The position numbers were made by a program, and so were the translations under genes. The notes below the pieces were generated by a model, which did no database searches, was not told where the DNA came from, and saw only the letters and a list, made by a program, of their open reading frames with translations. A DNA stretch of 64,000 bases from the NCBI GenBank assembly GCA_051362555.1, contig CM120642.1, positions 16,678,001-16,742,000 of the forward strand. Reading direction: 5' to 3'. The DNA is from Lingula anatina (Eukaryota > Animalia > Brachiopoda). Below are positions 13,221 through 25,200 of this stretch, piece by piece. Numbering within the stretch: the stretch's first letter is position 1; the number at the start of each line of letters is the position of its first letter.

Positions 13221-14147
13221 CTGCAGAATATTGAGACTGTTGAGGATCTGAAAGTTGACGAATGGCATGTCAAAATATTTTGTATGAATGATAAGGTTAT
13301 TCCACATCTGTGACAAATTAAAAGAGTTTTTTACCTGTGAAAAATGAGCACTGAATTTGCTAGAGTAAATTGTAAATAGAAAACAAATGCCTGCACCGAG
13401 TGACAGGTCATAAACATTCTTAAAACAATTGTCTAAGACCTTGCACAAAATGCTCAGTTTGTTGGAGTTGCACTGATAAAAGATTTGTATTATCTATACA
13501 ATGAATGACAATCTAGTTCATTTACCCTTATCCTGCCCCATAACTTACCTTGAATGCTCTCTAATCACAACTATTGAAGGGCTCTTGAAACACTATATGA
13601 TATAGCTGACATGGCTTTCTCCATTTTAACCTTGTTAAAATGGACCGTCATCAGGACAGGCGCTCGCCAATGCTATCTGCCTCAACTACAAAATAAAAAA
13701 TTATAAGTCAAAAGTTTCCCTCTTTACTTCTCCCACCCAAATCCAATCTACTAACCATAAATATCTTAATCCTAGGAGTGGGTCATGGATAAAAGACATT
13801 GCCTTCTGAATGCGAGCTGTCAAATTAATGTGGCTAACGGTTTTTAGTTTTTCAAGGTATGAAAAATCACTTAAGTGTTTTGTTTTCCCCCAAAAACATG
13901 AGTGATATGTACCTTTTAAGGCTTGATAGGTTTCCATCTCTGTGAAACGCCATATGCTTCTGATGCTCCCCCATGCAGCCCCCTAACATACAGACCATGG
14001 CAGGACTCAACCATGCACCAAGGATTGAATGTGACCCTCTTCTTGCACCTCTTTCAAAAAAGCGGGACTTTATCAGGAATTGCCCTAATTGAGTTCTGTA
14101 AATAGAAAGGAAAATTTGATTAGTTTTCAAAAATTGTATATCAAAAG

Positions 14148-14454
14148 CAGTCTGCAGCCAGAAAAATTGTTGGAATCGGTAGATTTCCAGAATGTGTCAA
14201 TTTGGTGACATGGCTGTTAGATTTTTTCTATAAGTATGAAAAAGAGCTTTTGATTTATTTTAAATGTAACTGTTACATCATGATTCGAGAAAAATGTCAA
14301 GGTCTTGTTAATACAAATATTAATGCAATCCAGTCTAGTCCTACTGAACTTTGTATTCGAACCAGTGAATCAAGATTCAGACATCTATATCTAGTTTTTA
14401 GGAAAGAAGGTGGACTGAATGGCCAGTAGGGTGAAAAGTTTATGGCACAGACTG
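14148..14454. mobile_element. Possible degenerate MITE
   Basis: Inverted ends CAGTCTGCAGCCAGAAAAA / AAAAGTTTATGGCACAGACTG; no clear TSD. Confidence 0.35.
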
Positions 14455-14669
14455 CTGCTGAAAAATTAATTTTAGTGTATTGTTCTCGCCAGTAACACGG
14501 GTTACCTTGCAGGTTTTTCCGCCTCAGTGAAACACCATATGCTTCAGACGCTTCTCCAATGCAGCCTCTTCAACAGACCGTGGCAGGACTCACTGGCACC
14601 AAGGATTGAGGGATGTATTGGAAGTATGCACGTGGCCCTCTTCTCCTTGCAGTTGCCATGAAACGTTGG

Positions 14670-15100
14670 ACAGGACTCGCTGGACGCTTCCTAGTGGTGC
14701 CACCTCGTAGACAGACCATGGCAGGACTCGCTGGACGCTTCCCCAGTGCAGCCACCTCGTAGACGGACCATGGCAGGACTCGCTGGACGCTTCCCCAGTG
14801 CAGCCACCTCGTAGACAGACCATGGCAGGACTCGCTGGACGCTTCCCCAGTGCAGCCACCTCGTAGACGGACCATGGCAGTACTCACTGGACGCTTCCCA
14901 AGTGCAGCCACCTCGCATATAGACCATGGCAGGACTCGCTGGACGCTTCCCCAGTGCAGCCACCTCGCAGATAGACCATGGCACGACTCGCCGGACGCTT
15001 CCTTAATGCAGCCACCTCGTAGACAGGCCATGACAGGACTCGCTGGACGCTTCCCCAGTGAAGCCACATCAAAGAGACAGACCATGGCAGGACTCGCTGG
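14670..15100. repeat. 52-bp GC-rich minisatellite, ~8 copies
   Basis: Unit CACCTCGTAGACAGACCATGGCAGGACTCGCTGGACGCTTCCCCAGTGCAGC, period 52 (14701 to 14753). Diverged relatives at ~14570-14600 and ~13990-14010. Confidence 0.95.
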
Positions 15101-15161
15101 CTCCAAGGGATGGTCGAAGTAGCTTAAGTGTAGATGTGGGGTGTCTCCTTGCAGTTGTGTC

Positions 15162-16628
15162 CTGTCAACAGAAATAAAAACGAGATTAGATTTCTTTCAT
15201 TTCTCAAACCCCCCTTCCAAAAAGAAAAAAAGATTACATACCTTAAGGAGTGTAGTCGAAGTCCCACAGGTGGCGCCCATCATCTTCTATGTCCTGTAAA
15301 CAGAAATAAAAACGAGATTAAATTTCTTTCATTTCTCAAACCCCCCTTCCAAAAAGAAAAAAAGATTACATACCTTAAGGAGTGTAGTCGAAGTCCCACA
15401 GGTGGCGCCCATCATCTTCTATGTCCTGTAAACAGAAATAAAAACGAGATTAAATTTCTTTCATTTCTCAAACTCCCCTTCCAAAAAGAAAAAAGATTAC
15501 ATACCTTAAGGAGTGTAGTCGAAGTCCCACGGGTGGCGCCCATCATCTTCTATGTCCTGTAAACAGAAATAAAAACGAGATTAGATTTCTTTCATTTCTC
15601 AAACCCACCTTCCAAAAAGAAAAAAAGATTACATACCTTAAGGAGTGTAGTCGAAGTCCCACAGGTGGCGCCCATCATCTTCTATGTCCTGTAAACAGAA
15701 ATAAAAACGAGATTAGATTTCTTTCATTTCTCAAACTCCCCTTCCAAAAAGAAAAAAAAGATTACATACCTTAAGGAGTGTAGTCGAAGTCCCACAGGTG
15801 GCGCCCATCATCTTCTATGTCCTGTAAACAGAAATAAAAACGAGATTAGATTTCTTTCATTTCTCAAACCCACCTTCCAAAAAGAAAAAAAAGATTACAT
15901 ACCTTAAGGAGTGTAGTCGAAGTCCCACAGGTGGCGCCCATCATCTTCTATGTCCTGTAAACAGAAATAAAAACGAGATTAGATTTCTTTCATTTCTCAA
16001 ACTCCCCTTCCAAAAAGAAAAAAAAAGATTACATACCTTAAGGAGTGTAGTCGAAGTCCCACAGGTGGCGCCCATCATCTTCTATGTCCTGTAAACAGAA
16101 ATAAAAACGAGATTAGATTTCTTTCATTTCTCAAACTCCCCTTCCAAAAAGAAAAAAAAAGATTACATACCTTAAGGAGTGTAGTCGAAGTCCCACAGGT
16201 GGCGCCCATCATCTTCTATGTCCTGTAAACAGAAATAAAAACGAGATTAGATTTCTTTCATTTCTCAAACCCCCCTTCCAAAAAGAAAAAAAGATTACAT
16301 ACCTTAAGGAGTGTAGTCGAAGTCCCACGGGTGGCGCCCATCATCTTCTATGTCCTGTAAACAGAAATAAAAGCGAGATTAGATTTCTTTCATTTCTCAA
16401 ACCCCCCTTCCAAAAAGAAAAAAAGATTACATACCTTAAGGAGTGTAGTCGAAGTCCCACAGGTGGCGCCCATCATCTTCTATGTCCTGTAAACAGAAAT
16501 AAAAACGAGATTAGATTTCTTTCTTTCTCAAACCCCCCTTCCAAAAAGAAAAAAAGATTACATACCTTAAGGAGTGTAGTCGAAGTCCCACAGGCGGCGC
16601 CCACCAGTTTGCAGTCTGCTTCCTGGAC
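15162..16628 (-). repeat. ~132-bp tandem repeat, 11 copies; each unit is one ~80-nt intron plus one 52-nt exon
   Basis: Minus strand per unit: AAG|GTATGT...CTAAT...TTTTTATTTCTGTTTACAG|GACATAGAAGATGATGGGCGCCACCTGTGGGACTTCGACTACACTCCTTAAG. Confidence 0.9.
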
Positions 16629-16959
16629 CTGTAATAAAAAGAAACCTGGAAAGCATGGGAATATGCAATGACACTACGACTCCAGCCCACGACAGCAAAA
16701 AGGTGAAGTATCCTGCGAAGATGACCGAGCGACGATTCCTCGTGGGGAGAAGCGAAGATTTTAGCTGGCCAGCTAAGAGCAACGCCGAATCCACCGTCTA
16801 GACGTCTGCGTGTGCAGGGAACAATATGTCGAAGAGCGAAGCGTTGACGTAGGATGAGTAGAAGATTCGGAGAAATGGGAGTCGACTCCCGTGTCCTTTG
16901 TGCTTGATACAGGGCGCAGCACATGGCATCCGTCCTGTTGCTCTAGATCTGTCCGCTGT

Positions 16960-16996
16960 TGAGTGAACGCACTTTTAAAATTTTGCGCTTTTATAC
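16960..16996 (-). promoter_or_regulatory. TATA box plus Initiator core promoter
   Basis: GGTATAAAAG with its first T at 16995, 31 nt upstream of the A of TCACTC (16964). A CpG-rich stretch follows (16600-16960). Confidence 0.6.
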
Positions 16997-17553
16997 CTTT
17001 GTTGACGTATAGTCACATGTTGGCGTTCTTGTTGTCACCAATGGTCAACTTGTTCAAAGGGGATGGCCTTTGATAGTGATGTGCAAAGTTGGTAATAATA
17101 TCTTATCAACATATACATTTTCTTTTATATTTTATATTTTGATTATTCTGCCTGTCAGTTTGTTTATAATAAGAGTAATAAGTTCTAAGCAATGTCTGTG
17201 AAATGTGCAGGCAAATTTGATGAAAATTTCTGAGCAACATACCTTCTCCCTAAAATTTTTATAGGTACGATGTCCGTTAAGCTGGTAGCTGTGAACTTCT
17301 CGCAGGCTACTTTAGTGTGCGTGTATTTGAACACTGATCCAAAATGTGGATAATGTAATTTGGCGTAGGGTGACTGCATTTTTGAAGCAGCCTGAGGGAG
17401 TATGGTTGTTCTGATTGTAGTGAATATAGAGAGACAATTGGAAGTACACTGGACTTAACATGTTCAGTCACCCAAGTACTCTGAAACACATTTTGTAATC
17501 AGCTGACTTGTTATTCTGAAAAATGAAAAAACAAATTATATTGATTTACAAAA

Positions 17554-17765
17554 CTGGAAGATAGAAGCAGTGGATCATATTACTTATGCCAGGCAGAAGA
17601 AACGACTGAATGTATATTTTTATATTCAAAACGTCTACTGATTTAGGTAATAATTAATAGCCTGGAAGATAGCAGCAGTGGATCATATTACTAATGCAAG
17701 GCAGAAGAAACGAGTGAATGTATATGTCTATATTCAAAACGTGTACTGATTTAGGTAATAATTAA
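17554..17765. repeat. ~108-bp tandem duplication (2 copies, slightly diverged)
   Basis: CTGGAAGATAG.AGCAGTGGATCATATTAC...GATTTAGGTAATAATTAA starts at 17554 and at 17662. Confidence 0.85.
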
Positions 17766-19114
17766 CAACTGACGTCTCCCTTCATGGCGACAGGTTATCA
17801 GTACTCCCACACCAGTAACATGAGTTATGAGTTGAGCAGAAACAGAAAAAGATTTTTTATAAAGATAATGCAAGTATATGTGTAGGCCCATTTATCTTTT
17901 TTTATATTACCTAACGTAAGAATTGTTTGACCAAGTGAAACTTTACTTACAGGTACATCAGCCTAGCAACTAAATCTGACGTTTTAACGTCTCCGAAAAT
18001 AACTAGAATTTTTTGAATAACGCAATAATGCGGCCACCTTCGAGGTGTCGCCCGGTTTTTAAAAATTGAAAAAAGAAACTTTTCGGGGCGTCTTTTGTCG
18101 CGGGTCATTATTTTCAGTTGTTTGATGTTTTTTTTTGTAATATTTTAGCCATTGATAGAATCTTTAATTCAGTTACATCCACGATTAGCTAGACGAAATG
18201 GTGACAGGGAAAAGTCAAATTTTTTAAACGGCAAAAACTGCATTCTCTTAGAAAGCAATTAGCAAACATTCATTACCAGGCACTGTGAAAAATTCAACCG
18301 AAGTTGAAGACAAAATTTGTCAAAAATAAACGTGCATGTCGTAATACCTATTTAAAGCAGTCTAATTTTTGTTAGTATTAAAAACGTGTAAATATTATCC
18401 ACATAGGATATTTTTAAAGCCTTCGATATTTAAAATATTTAAACTTCCCATACTTTGAGGCATGCATGAGTCGGAAAATGTTTGCATAATTACATAAAAA
18501 ACTAGAATTATCTCTTTATGTGACCACAGTTTACTCATGTGCCTTACATCATTCCCTTAAACCCTTTCCCAATATCGATTTCAGATATTTTTGACACATT
18601 TTGTCTTCATCTGAATCACGTGAACGTTATCAAGTGTCATAAGGCGTACATTATGAAAATATTTAGGTCTTGGAACTTGATTTGATGACTTTTTTAAATG
18701 CATATATATACAATTATAAATTTATAATTAAGTTATTAAATATCAAATTATAAGTTCTGACCGAGTTTTAAAATTTATTTTAGGAGGGGTAAAAAAACCC
18801 AACCCCATCTAATATATATTGGATACATCCGTAGGCTTATATCCTTAGAACTAGGCGTACAAAATGTGTTTTCTAGATAAAGTTATTATTATGGTGTATG
18901 TGTAATTAAAAAAAAAACTACGTAAGAGTGACAAAAGGTCATGTGTTTCGAATGCACCCCCACTCTCCGATCAGACATTACTTTTGTATAATTCACAGTC
19001 CATCTTCGTTGTAGTTTGTGACTTTACGTCATTTCTTAGTGAAGCGGTGTTGTCCTCAATTTAACTTAAATGTCCAAATTACTAAGAAGAAACCACTTGC
19101 AAGAATTATAAGGC

Positions 19115-22100
19115 TTTTTATGTACAGACACAGATGTGTCTGTACATATAGCCATCACCTGCGTCTGTCGTCGCCGTCGCCGTCGTTGCCGTCGTCGCTG
19201 TCGTTGCCGTCGTCGCCGTCGCCGTGCACTTTTACCGATAACACGATAAGTGGAAAACCGTTTTTTCTTTTGGCTTGAAACTTACAGAACTGATGAATAT
19301 TCATAATATGCAGGTCAAGTTCGAAAATCAGCATGATCGGGCCATTTTTGGGGAATTTATGCTGTTTTTTCACTTTTTTCAGCATTTATGTAGCACCGAT
19401 AACACGATAAGTGGAAAACCGTTTTACCTTTTGGCTTGAAACTTACAGAACTGATGAATATTCATAATACGCAGGTCAAGTTCGAAAATCAACATGATCG
19501 GGCCATTAATATGGAAGTAATGCAGTTTTTTCACTTTTTTCAACATTTATGCAACACCGATAACACAATATTTGAAAAACCGTTTTACCTTTTGGCTTGA
19601 AACTTATAGAACTGATAAATATTCTTAATACGCAGGTCAAGTTCGAAAATCAGCATGATCAGGCCATTTATATTGAAGTTATGCAGTTTTTTCACTTTTT
19701 TCAGCATTTATGCAACACCGATAACACAATATTTGAAAAACCATTTTACCTTTTGGCATGAAACTTACAGAACTGATGAATATTCATAATACGCAGGTCA
19801 AGTCTGAAAATAAGCATGATAGGAACATTTTCATGGAAGTCAGCTGTTTTTTCACTTTTTTCAGCATATATGCAACCCTGATAACATGATAAGTGAAAAA
19901 CTGCTTTACTTTTTGGCTTGAAACTTACAGAACTGATGAATATCTATAATACGCAAGTCAAGTTTGAAAATTGGCATGATCAGAGCATTTTTATAAAAGT
20001 TTTGCTGTTTTTTCACTTTTTCAGCATATATGCAACACCTATAACACATTTTAAGGAAAATCAATTGCCCAATTGTCTTGAAATTCACAGTAGTGATCAG
20101 TGTTACTGAAATACAGATTAAGTTTTCAAAATAAGCTTGATCAGTAAAGATTTGGTGAAGTTATGCCTTTTTTGTATATAAGTGTTTTTTTTCCTCAAAT
20201 TTAATTCTCAGGCATGCTAACAGTCTCATTTTTGAACTAATTAGATATGTTAAGTTGTTCTTTTGACATTTTCTGCATCTTAACAACATTGTTAGTTGAT
20301 TATAAAAAAATGATGGTAAACCTGATATGTGTTTTGTTTAATAAGTGTCAAAAATGGAAAAAAAAACACATATCTTTACAGTTTGTCAGATTCAACCATT
20401 CACTATGTTCAGAATTTCAGAATGGAGCAAGTTGGACATTTATAATTGTTCTATTGATATTTTTGCTTTTACAACATATTTTTTGATTGATCATATAAAA
20501 ATGACAGTAAATTGATTATTTTGCTTTATGTAAAAAAGGTGTTGAAAATGGAAATAAACTCTTAATATAGTTTTCTCTTGTTTACATTTTGGGATTTTCA
20601 AAGTATGACTCTGAACTCTATAGGCTAGTCACATTTTCTGAATATCCATGAGACTTTTATTTTATTATTAAAAAATTTATGGTTATTATGCTGCTAAGCA
20701 TTGTGCAATATTGCATCAAAATTGAACAAAACCCTATTCTGGGCACTGCCTCCGTAGTGGCGGTGAAAGGAAAACCATATCACTTGCTCTTCTCACACTT
20801 ACAGGAAAGAAACATAGGACTGAAATACAGCTTCAGTTGAAAAATTGTCTCATTAGTTAATTGTTTGGAAGTAATACAGGTTTTTTTGTGAAAATTTTTA
20901 TCTTTCACATGTTGCAATTTTCAATGTGGGACTTAGAGCTCCCTTGGGCATGAAGCCCAGTGGTAATCAAATTTTCTTAATGTCCATGTTTTTAATAGTA
21001 GATATTTTAAAATTGGTGGTATTTAATTAGTTAATCATTATGTAATGTTGCATCAAAATTGACAAAAAACCTACTTTGTGCTCTTCTACCATTAATATTA
21101 TGCAAAGTGTTACTTTCTATTTTTTACTATTCTTACAAAAATGATTCTTAGGATTGACATACAGCTCATATTAGAGAACCAGCTCTATTGGATTATCATT
21201 TTTGTTAAATTTATGAATTTTTTGTGAAATTTTCATTTTTCTCATTCTGGCACTTTCTAATTGTAAACTTGAACTCTGATGGGCCTGGAGCCTTATGCTT
21301 TTACTTTCATCAGTGTTACCTGTACGTTGTGCATAATTAAAATTTGATGTTGACTGTGCAGTTAAGCATAATGTATTATTGCATCAGAATTGGTAGTCTC
21401 CTGTTTTATTTTGTGCATTATTGTTTTCTGCTTTTCTTAAGGTGTGACTTATGGGCCTGAAGACCTTTGATAGGCAAATTTGTGTGGTCAGTCTGTAAAT
21501 TCCCCTTGGGTATTCACTAGGCTAATTTTAGTGCTATAAACTCATTTGCCTAATTAAGCGACCATTAAATGAAATTTCATAAAGCACACTTATTGATATT
21601 TCCCTGTAAACTCCCAAAGGTTATGCTCTCTGCTAGATAACATAGTGTCCATAATAAGGAAGCAGTGAATAGCAGCTTCATTGGAATTATATTTTTGTTG
21701 TTTTCTTTTTAATTTTTTCTCCAACACTGGCATTTTTAAAATGTGATTTTTAACTCCCATCCACCTGAGGCTCTGCACATTTTCAGTATTTCCACATAAG
21801 CAGTTGTATTGGTATTTATGTCTTTAAACATGCTGTAATATTATTTTATGCACTGTCATCATTTTTCATATATTGGGACTTTCATCATGTGAATTTTAAC
21901 TCTCATGGTCCTGAAACTGTAATCTTATTGAAGGGGATTGATTGAGACCATTTTCTGGGTCTCCTGGAAGACAGTCAGATTTTAAAGTTTATATTTACGG
22001 GTTTCTGTTGGAAGACCATCAAAATGGAGGATGGATCAACAAAGATACTTTGGAATACTGTCAGAAAATATCTCTGGATCTGCTCCTGTTATTGACCATG

Positions 22101-22200
22101 TTACCTGTTGTGCATGATTAAAAATCAGTGTTGACTGACTGTGCTATTATAAGCATATATTATTGCATCAAAATTGACAAAATGACCTATATTGCATCTT
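19115..22200 (+). mobile_element. Helentron-associated non-autonomous element (HINE) with an internal ~161-bp satellite; 3' end not found
   Basis: TTTTT-ATGTACAGACAC AGAT GTGTCTGTACAT 5' palindrome, a (CGT/CGC)n microsatellite, 5-6 tandem ~161-bp units (19233-20160), then older diverged internal repeats. Confidence 0.75.
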
Positions 22201-25200
22201 TTTTTTCTGTTTTTTGTCTTTACATTTGACAGCTTTGCTGCCTTGTTATACTGTTAGGTCTATAGACGTGATACACATGATATTTTGCAACCCCACAAAA
22301 TCTGTTTCTTAAAATTTTGGTTCCACCACAAAGCTTAGCACTATCATTCTTTTTTGCTTTATTGATATATTTTCAGTACATAAATAACCATTGTCTGTTG
22401 CCCAATTTTGCACAAAATTAAGATAATCCCCAAAACCTCATTAATTGTGTTTCCTCCATCCCAAAAAATATTAAAAATTTCTCCTCATAATTTAGTAGTG
22501 CACTGGCATCTACACAGTACATAAATGTATCATTATAATAACATCTTGTTCTTACTGATAACATAATTAGCTTAATTCCATAACAATTCTAAAATGTTAA
22601 TAACAATGAAAATTCAAAGTAGATGGCAAGATTCTTATTGTGCTGATAAAGATAAAACATGTAAATTCAATACTGATTAGGTACTGTATACTGGCTCATT
22701 GAAAAAAGGGAACCGTTTCACAAAAAAATTAAGCTTAGACTGCTAAATCTGGATAGCCAACTATACAAAGTCAACTTTGCGATATTGTCTTACAACTACA
22801 ATTTTTTAAGAATGATTGGTCCACAGTTGATGAGTAGAATATACATAAATGGGCTACTGACACCACTGCAAGTAAAAGACTTGCTAAGACAATCAAAATG
22901 TAAATCAAAGGAAAGTGAAAAGAAAGTAAAAAGACTGGAGAAAATGAGGCAAAATTGATAACTTGGTTAATGAGCGAACAATACTCTAGTTTTGATTAAA
23001 TCAGAACTTTTCTTGCACCTATTTTTATTTTTGCCATTTTGTAAGTGAAAAAAGGGGAATAGGGGATTGGTGTAGTGAAAGCCCAACCTTAACCTTTGGA
23101 TGCTATTCTCATTAAACATATGCATAAAAGACAAAATTTAGACCACAAATAGATTCATGCAATCTACCAACCTTTTTTACAGTGAGTCATTGCAACTTAT
23201 CAGTTATTTCTGACCTAGGCTATCTGTAAGATTCTTACAACTGTGAAGTGCAACTTAGCCAGCTAAGTCTTTATAGGCTCAGATTTTAGACTACAAACCA
23301 ACTTCAAACATTTAGTAAAGCAAGTGCAAGGAATAGTTAGTTTGAAGGCTCTGCCTCCCCATAGGGTGAGAATAAACACACTCACACTGTATGATACATT
23401 ACAGAAAACATTGGTTAAAAATATACTCTGGAATTTTACATTCTCACTAGTATAGAATCAATTTGATTTCTAAAACTGACTTATTATAAAAATACTCCTG
23501 TCAATTTAAAACTTTTTCATAAAGCATATCTGAAATATACTGATAAAATGTTATTAAAAATATTAAAATTTGATATTCACAGATAAAATAGGCTCAAGTC
23601 AAAATGATTAAGACAATTATTGAAGCATTATTCAAACCCCAATTTTGATTATTTTCATACAATTAGTGATTCACAAGTTCTTTAACAGAGTTGTACCTAA
23701 TCTGACTACATGATATTTATCAAAATCTCTCTAAAATCAAGTGACAAAAAATGCCCACAGTTTCAAGCACCATAAAATATGGCTTAAGTAAGTTATATCC
23801 TCAATTGTTTCATAATAAACGTCATGTCACTTGAATGTACCATTCTCCAGAAAAAAAGATGAACTTGCAAGGTTTGATAAGTCTGCGTTTACAGGTAGAT
23901 GTCATAGTTTAATATACATGAGGCAGCTTTATATCATGGTCAACAATATTATATTATATCAGTTTCTCTAGCCTCCATGTCTTATTCGTCATAATATTTT
24001 GATTTTCAAATTCAGGGTCCCCTAGTAAAAGATCTTGCATTTCCTCTTGATCACAGAAGAATCTGAGTTGAGAATACAGTTGAGAATACAGAGTTAAAAT
24101 TAGGCCTCTCCTCTCCACTCGGGGTCCTCTTGCAACTGAACCTGGCTGACATCCATGGTTACATCTTGAAAAAAAATATATTCCCAAAAAAGTTTAAATG
24201 GTGCAGTAATAATAATAATAATAATTAAAATCAATAAATCTTGGACACATTACTTGTGGTACGTCTGAATAACACGACAGACAAGAAGAAAATAGTTGCT
24301 CTTGAAAATGGACTTTAAGTAATGAAAATGCAAGATGACAGCTAGTAGATAGTACATGTGCATGCAATTTATTTGAAATTCTGACTTTTCAGTCCTAATG
24401 ATTTAGATTATTTATAGCCAATAATCTGAGAAAATAAAATATTCAACAGAGAAATTGATTGCAATAAATCCAGCTCGTACCTGACTGCTTAATATTCACT
24501 GCAGCAAACCTCTCTATGACATCGTCGAGCTGATCAGTAGGGTCATCGTAATCAAATCCTGTGTACGCTTTATTCTCGAGGCAGTACTTAAGGAAACTAC
24601 ACCAAAGAGAAGTTGAAAATAAAGAAAGAATTGCCTACTTTCTTTTGTCTTTCTGTATGGACTTTCATTCACAATAAAAGAAAGAATTGCCTAGTAGACA
24701 CTATTTTGTCTGTCAGTTTGGAGTTTAATTTACATGTTTTTTAACTTTCCTTTTTTTTCTATTTTTTTTCATTTAACAGTCTGTCTGAACTAAAACATGA
24801 TAGTTTTCTCTTTTTAATCTTTCTATCCTCTTTGTTTTTTTTTTTTTTTTTGTTTTTTTGTCAGTCTGTCTGAACAAACATTAAAAATTTAATTTATGAA
24901 CTTTATTAAATCCTTAACATTTCTTTTTTTGTTGGTTTGTCTGTCTGTCTGAACAAGAGTTCTTAGAAACAATGAGATTAAATAAAGATTAAATAAAGGA
25001 AAAAAAATTTTGAACCTAACATGGCTGATTTGTGTTTGGTTTGAAAAAGTCTTATAATTTGATTGAACTTTTTTTGCTTACTGATCAAATAAATTAAAAT
25101 AATTCACTTCACCTGTTCCAATGTTCATCTTGCGAAAGAAGAAACGGATTCCCTACAACAATCAATAGGGCCTTTGCTCTTGTGATCGACACATTAAACC

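Larger units (their letters stand above)
9001..16964 (-). ncRNA. Putative multi-exon, repeat-rich long non-coding transcription unit
   Basis: TATAAAA at 16995 with Inr-like TCACTC (+1 at 16964). AG/GT-bounded GC-richer exon candidates: ~16628-16566, ten 52-nt exons in 16489-15242, 15161-14506, 14048-13913, 13685-13549, 13220-12570, 9889-9790, 9313-9001. The 52-nt, 9889-9790 and 9313-9001 exons have stops in all three frames. Confidence 0.55.

Noticed and set aside
12670-15562. Proline-rich and repeat ORFs in the ORF track (MVSGPDYLELPPPPP..., MEPASPAMV..., MWGVSLQ...)
   Set aside because: They are by-products of tandem repeats: the 70- and 52-bp periods are not multiples of 3, and the ~132-bp units vary in length and shift frame.
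15162-16565. Intronic snoRNAs in the repeated introns
   Set aside because: The ~80-nt introns lack C/D boxes and H/ACA hairpins.
15162-16600. CRISPR-like appearance of regularly spaced repeats
   Set aside because: The intervening sequences are near-identical rather than unique spacers, there are no cas genes, and the context is eukaryotic.
16511-16924. 137-aa ORF downstream of the TATA box as a real protein
   Set aside because: No recognisable domain; it runs through a splice donor and would stop in the next exon. A small peptide cannot be fully excluded.
23954-24187. 77-aa ORF as the last MOV10 exon
   Set aside because: Wrong frame; the splice phase gives DVTMDVSQVQLQEDPEWRGEA*, which matches the MOV10-type C-terminus.
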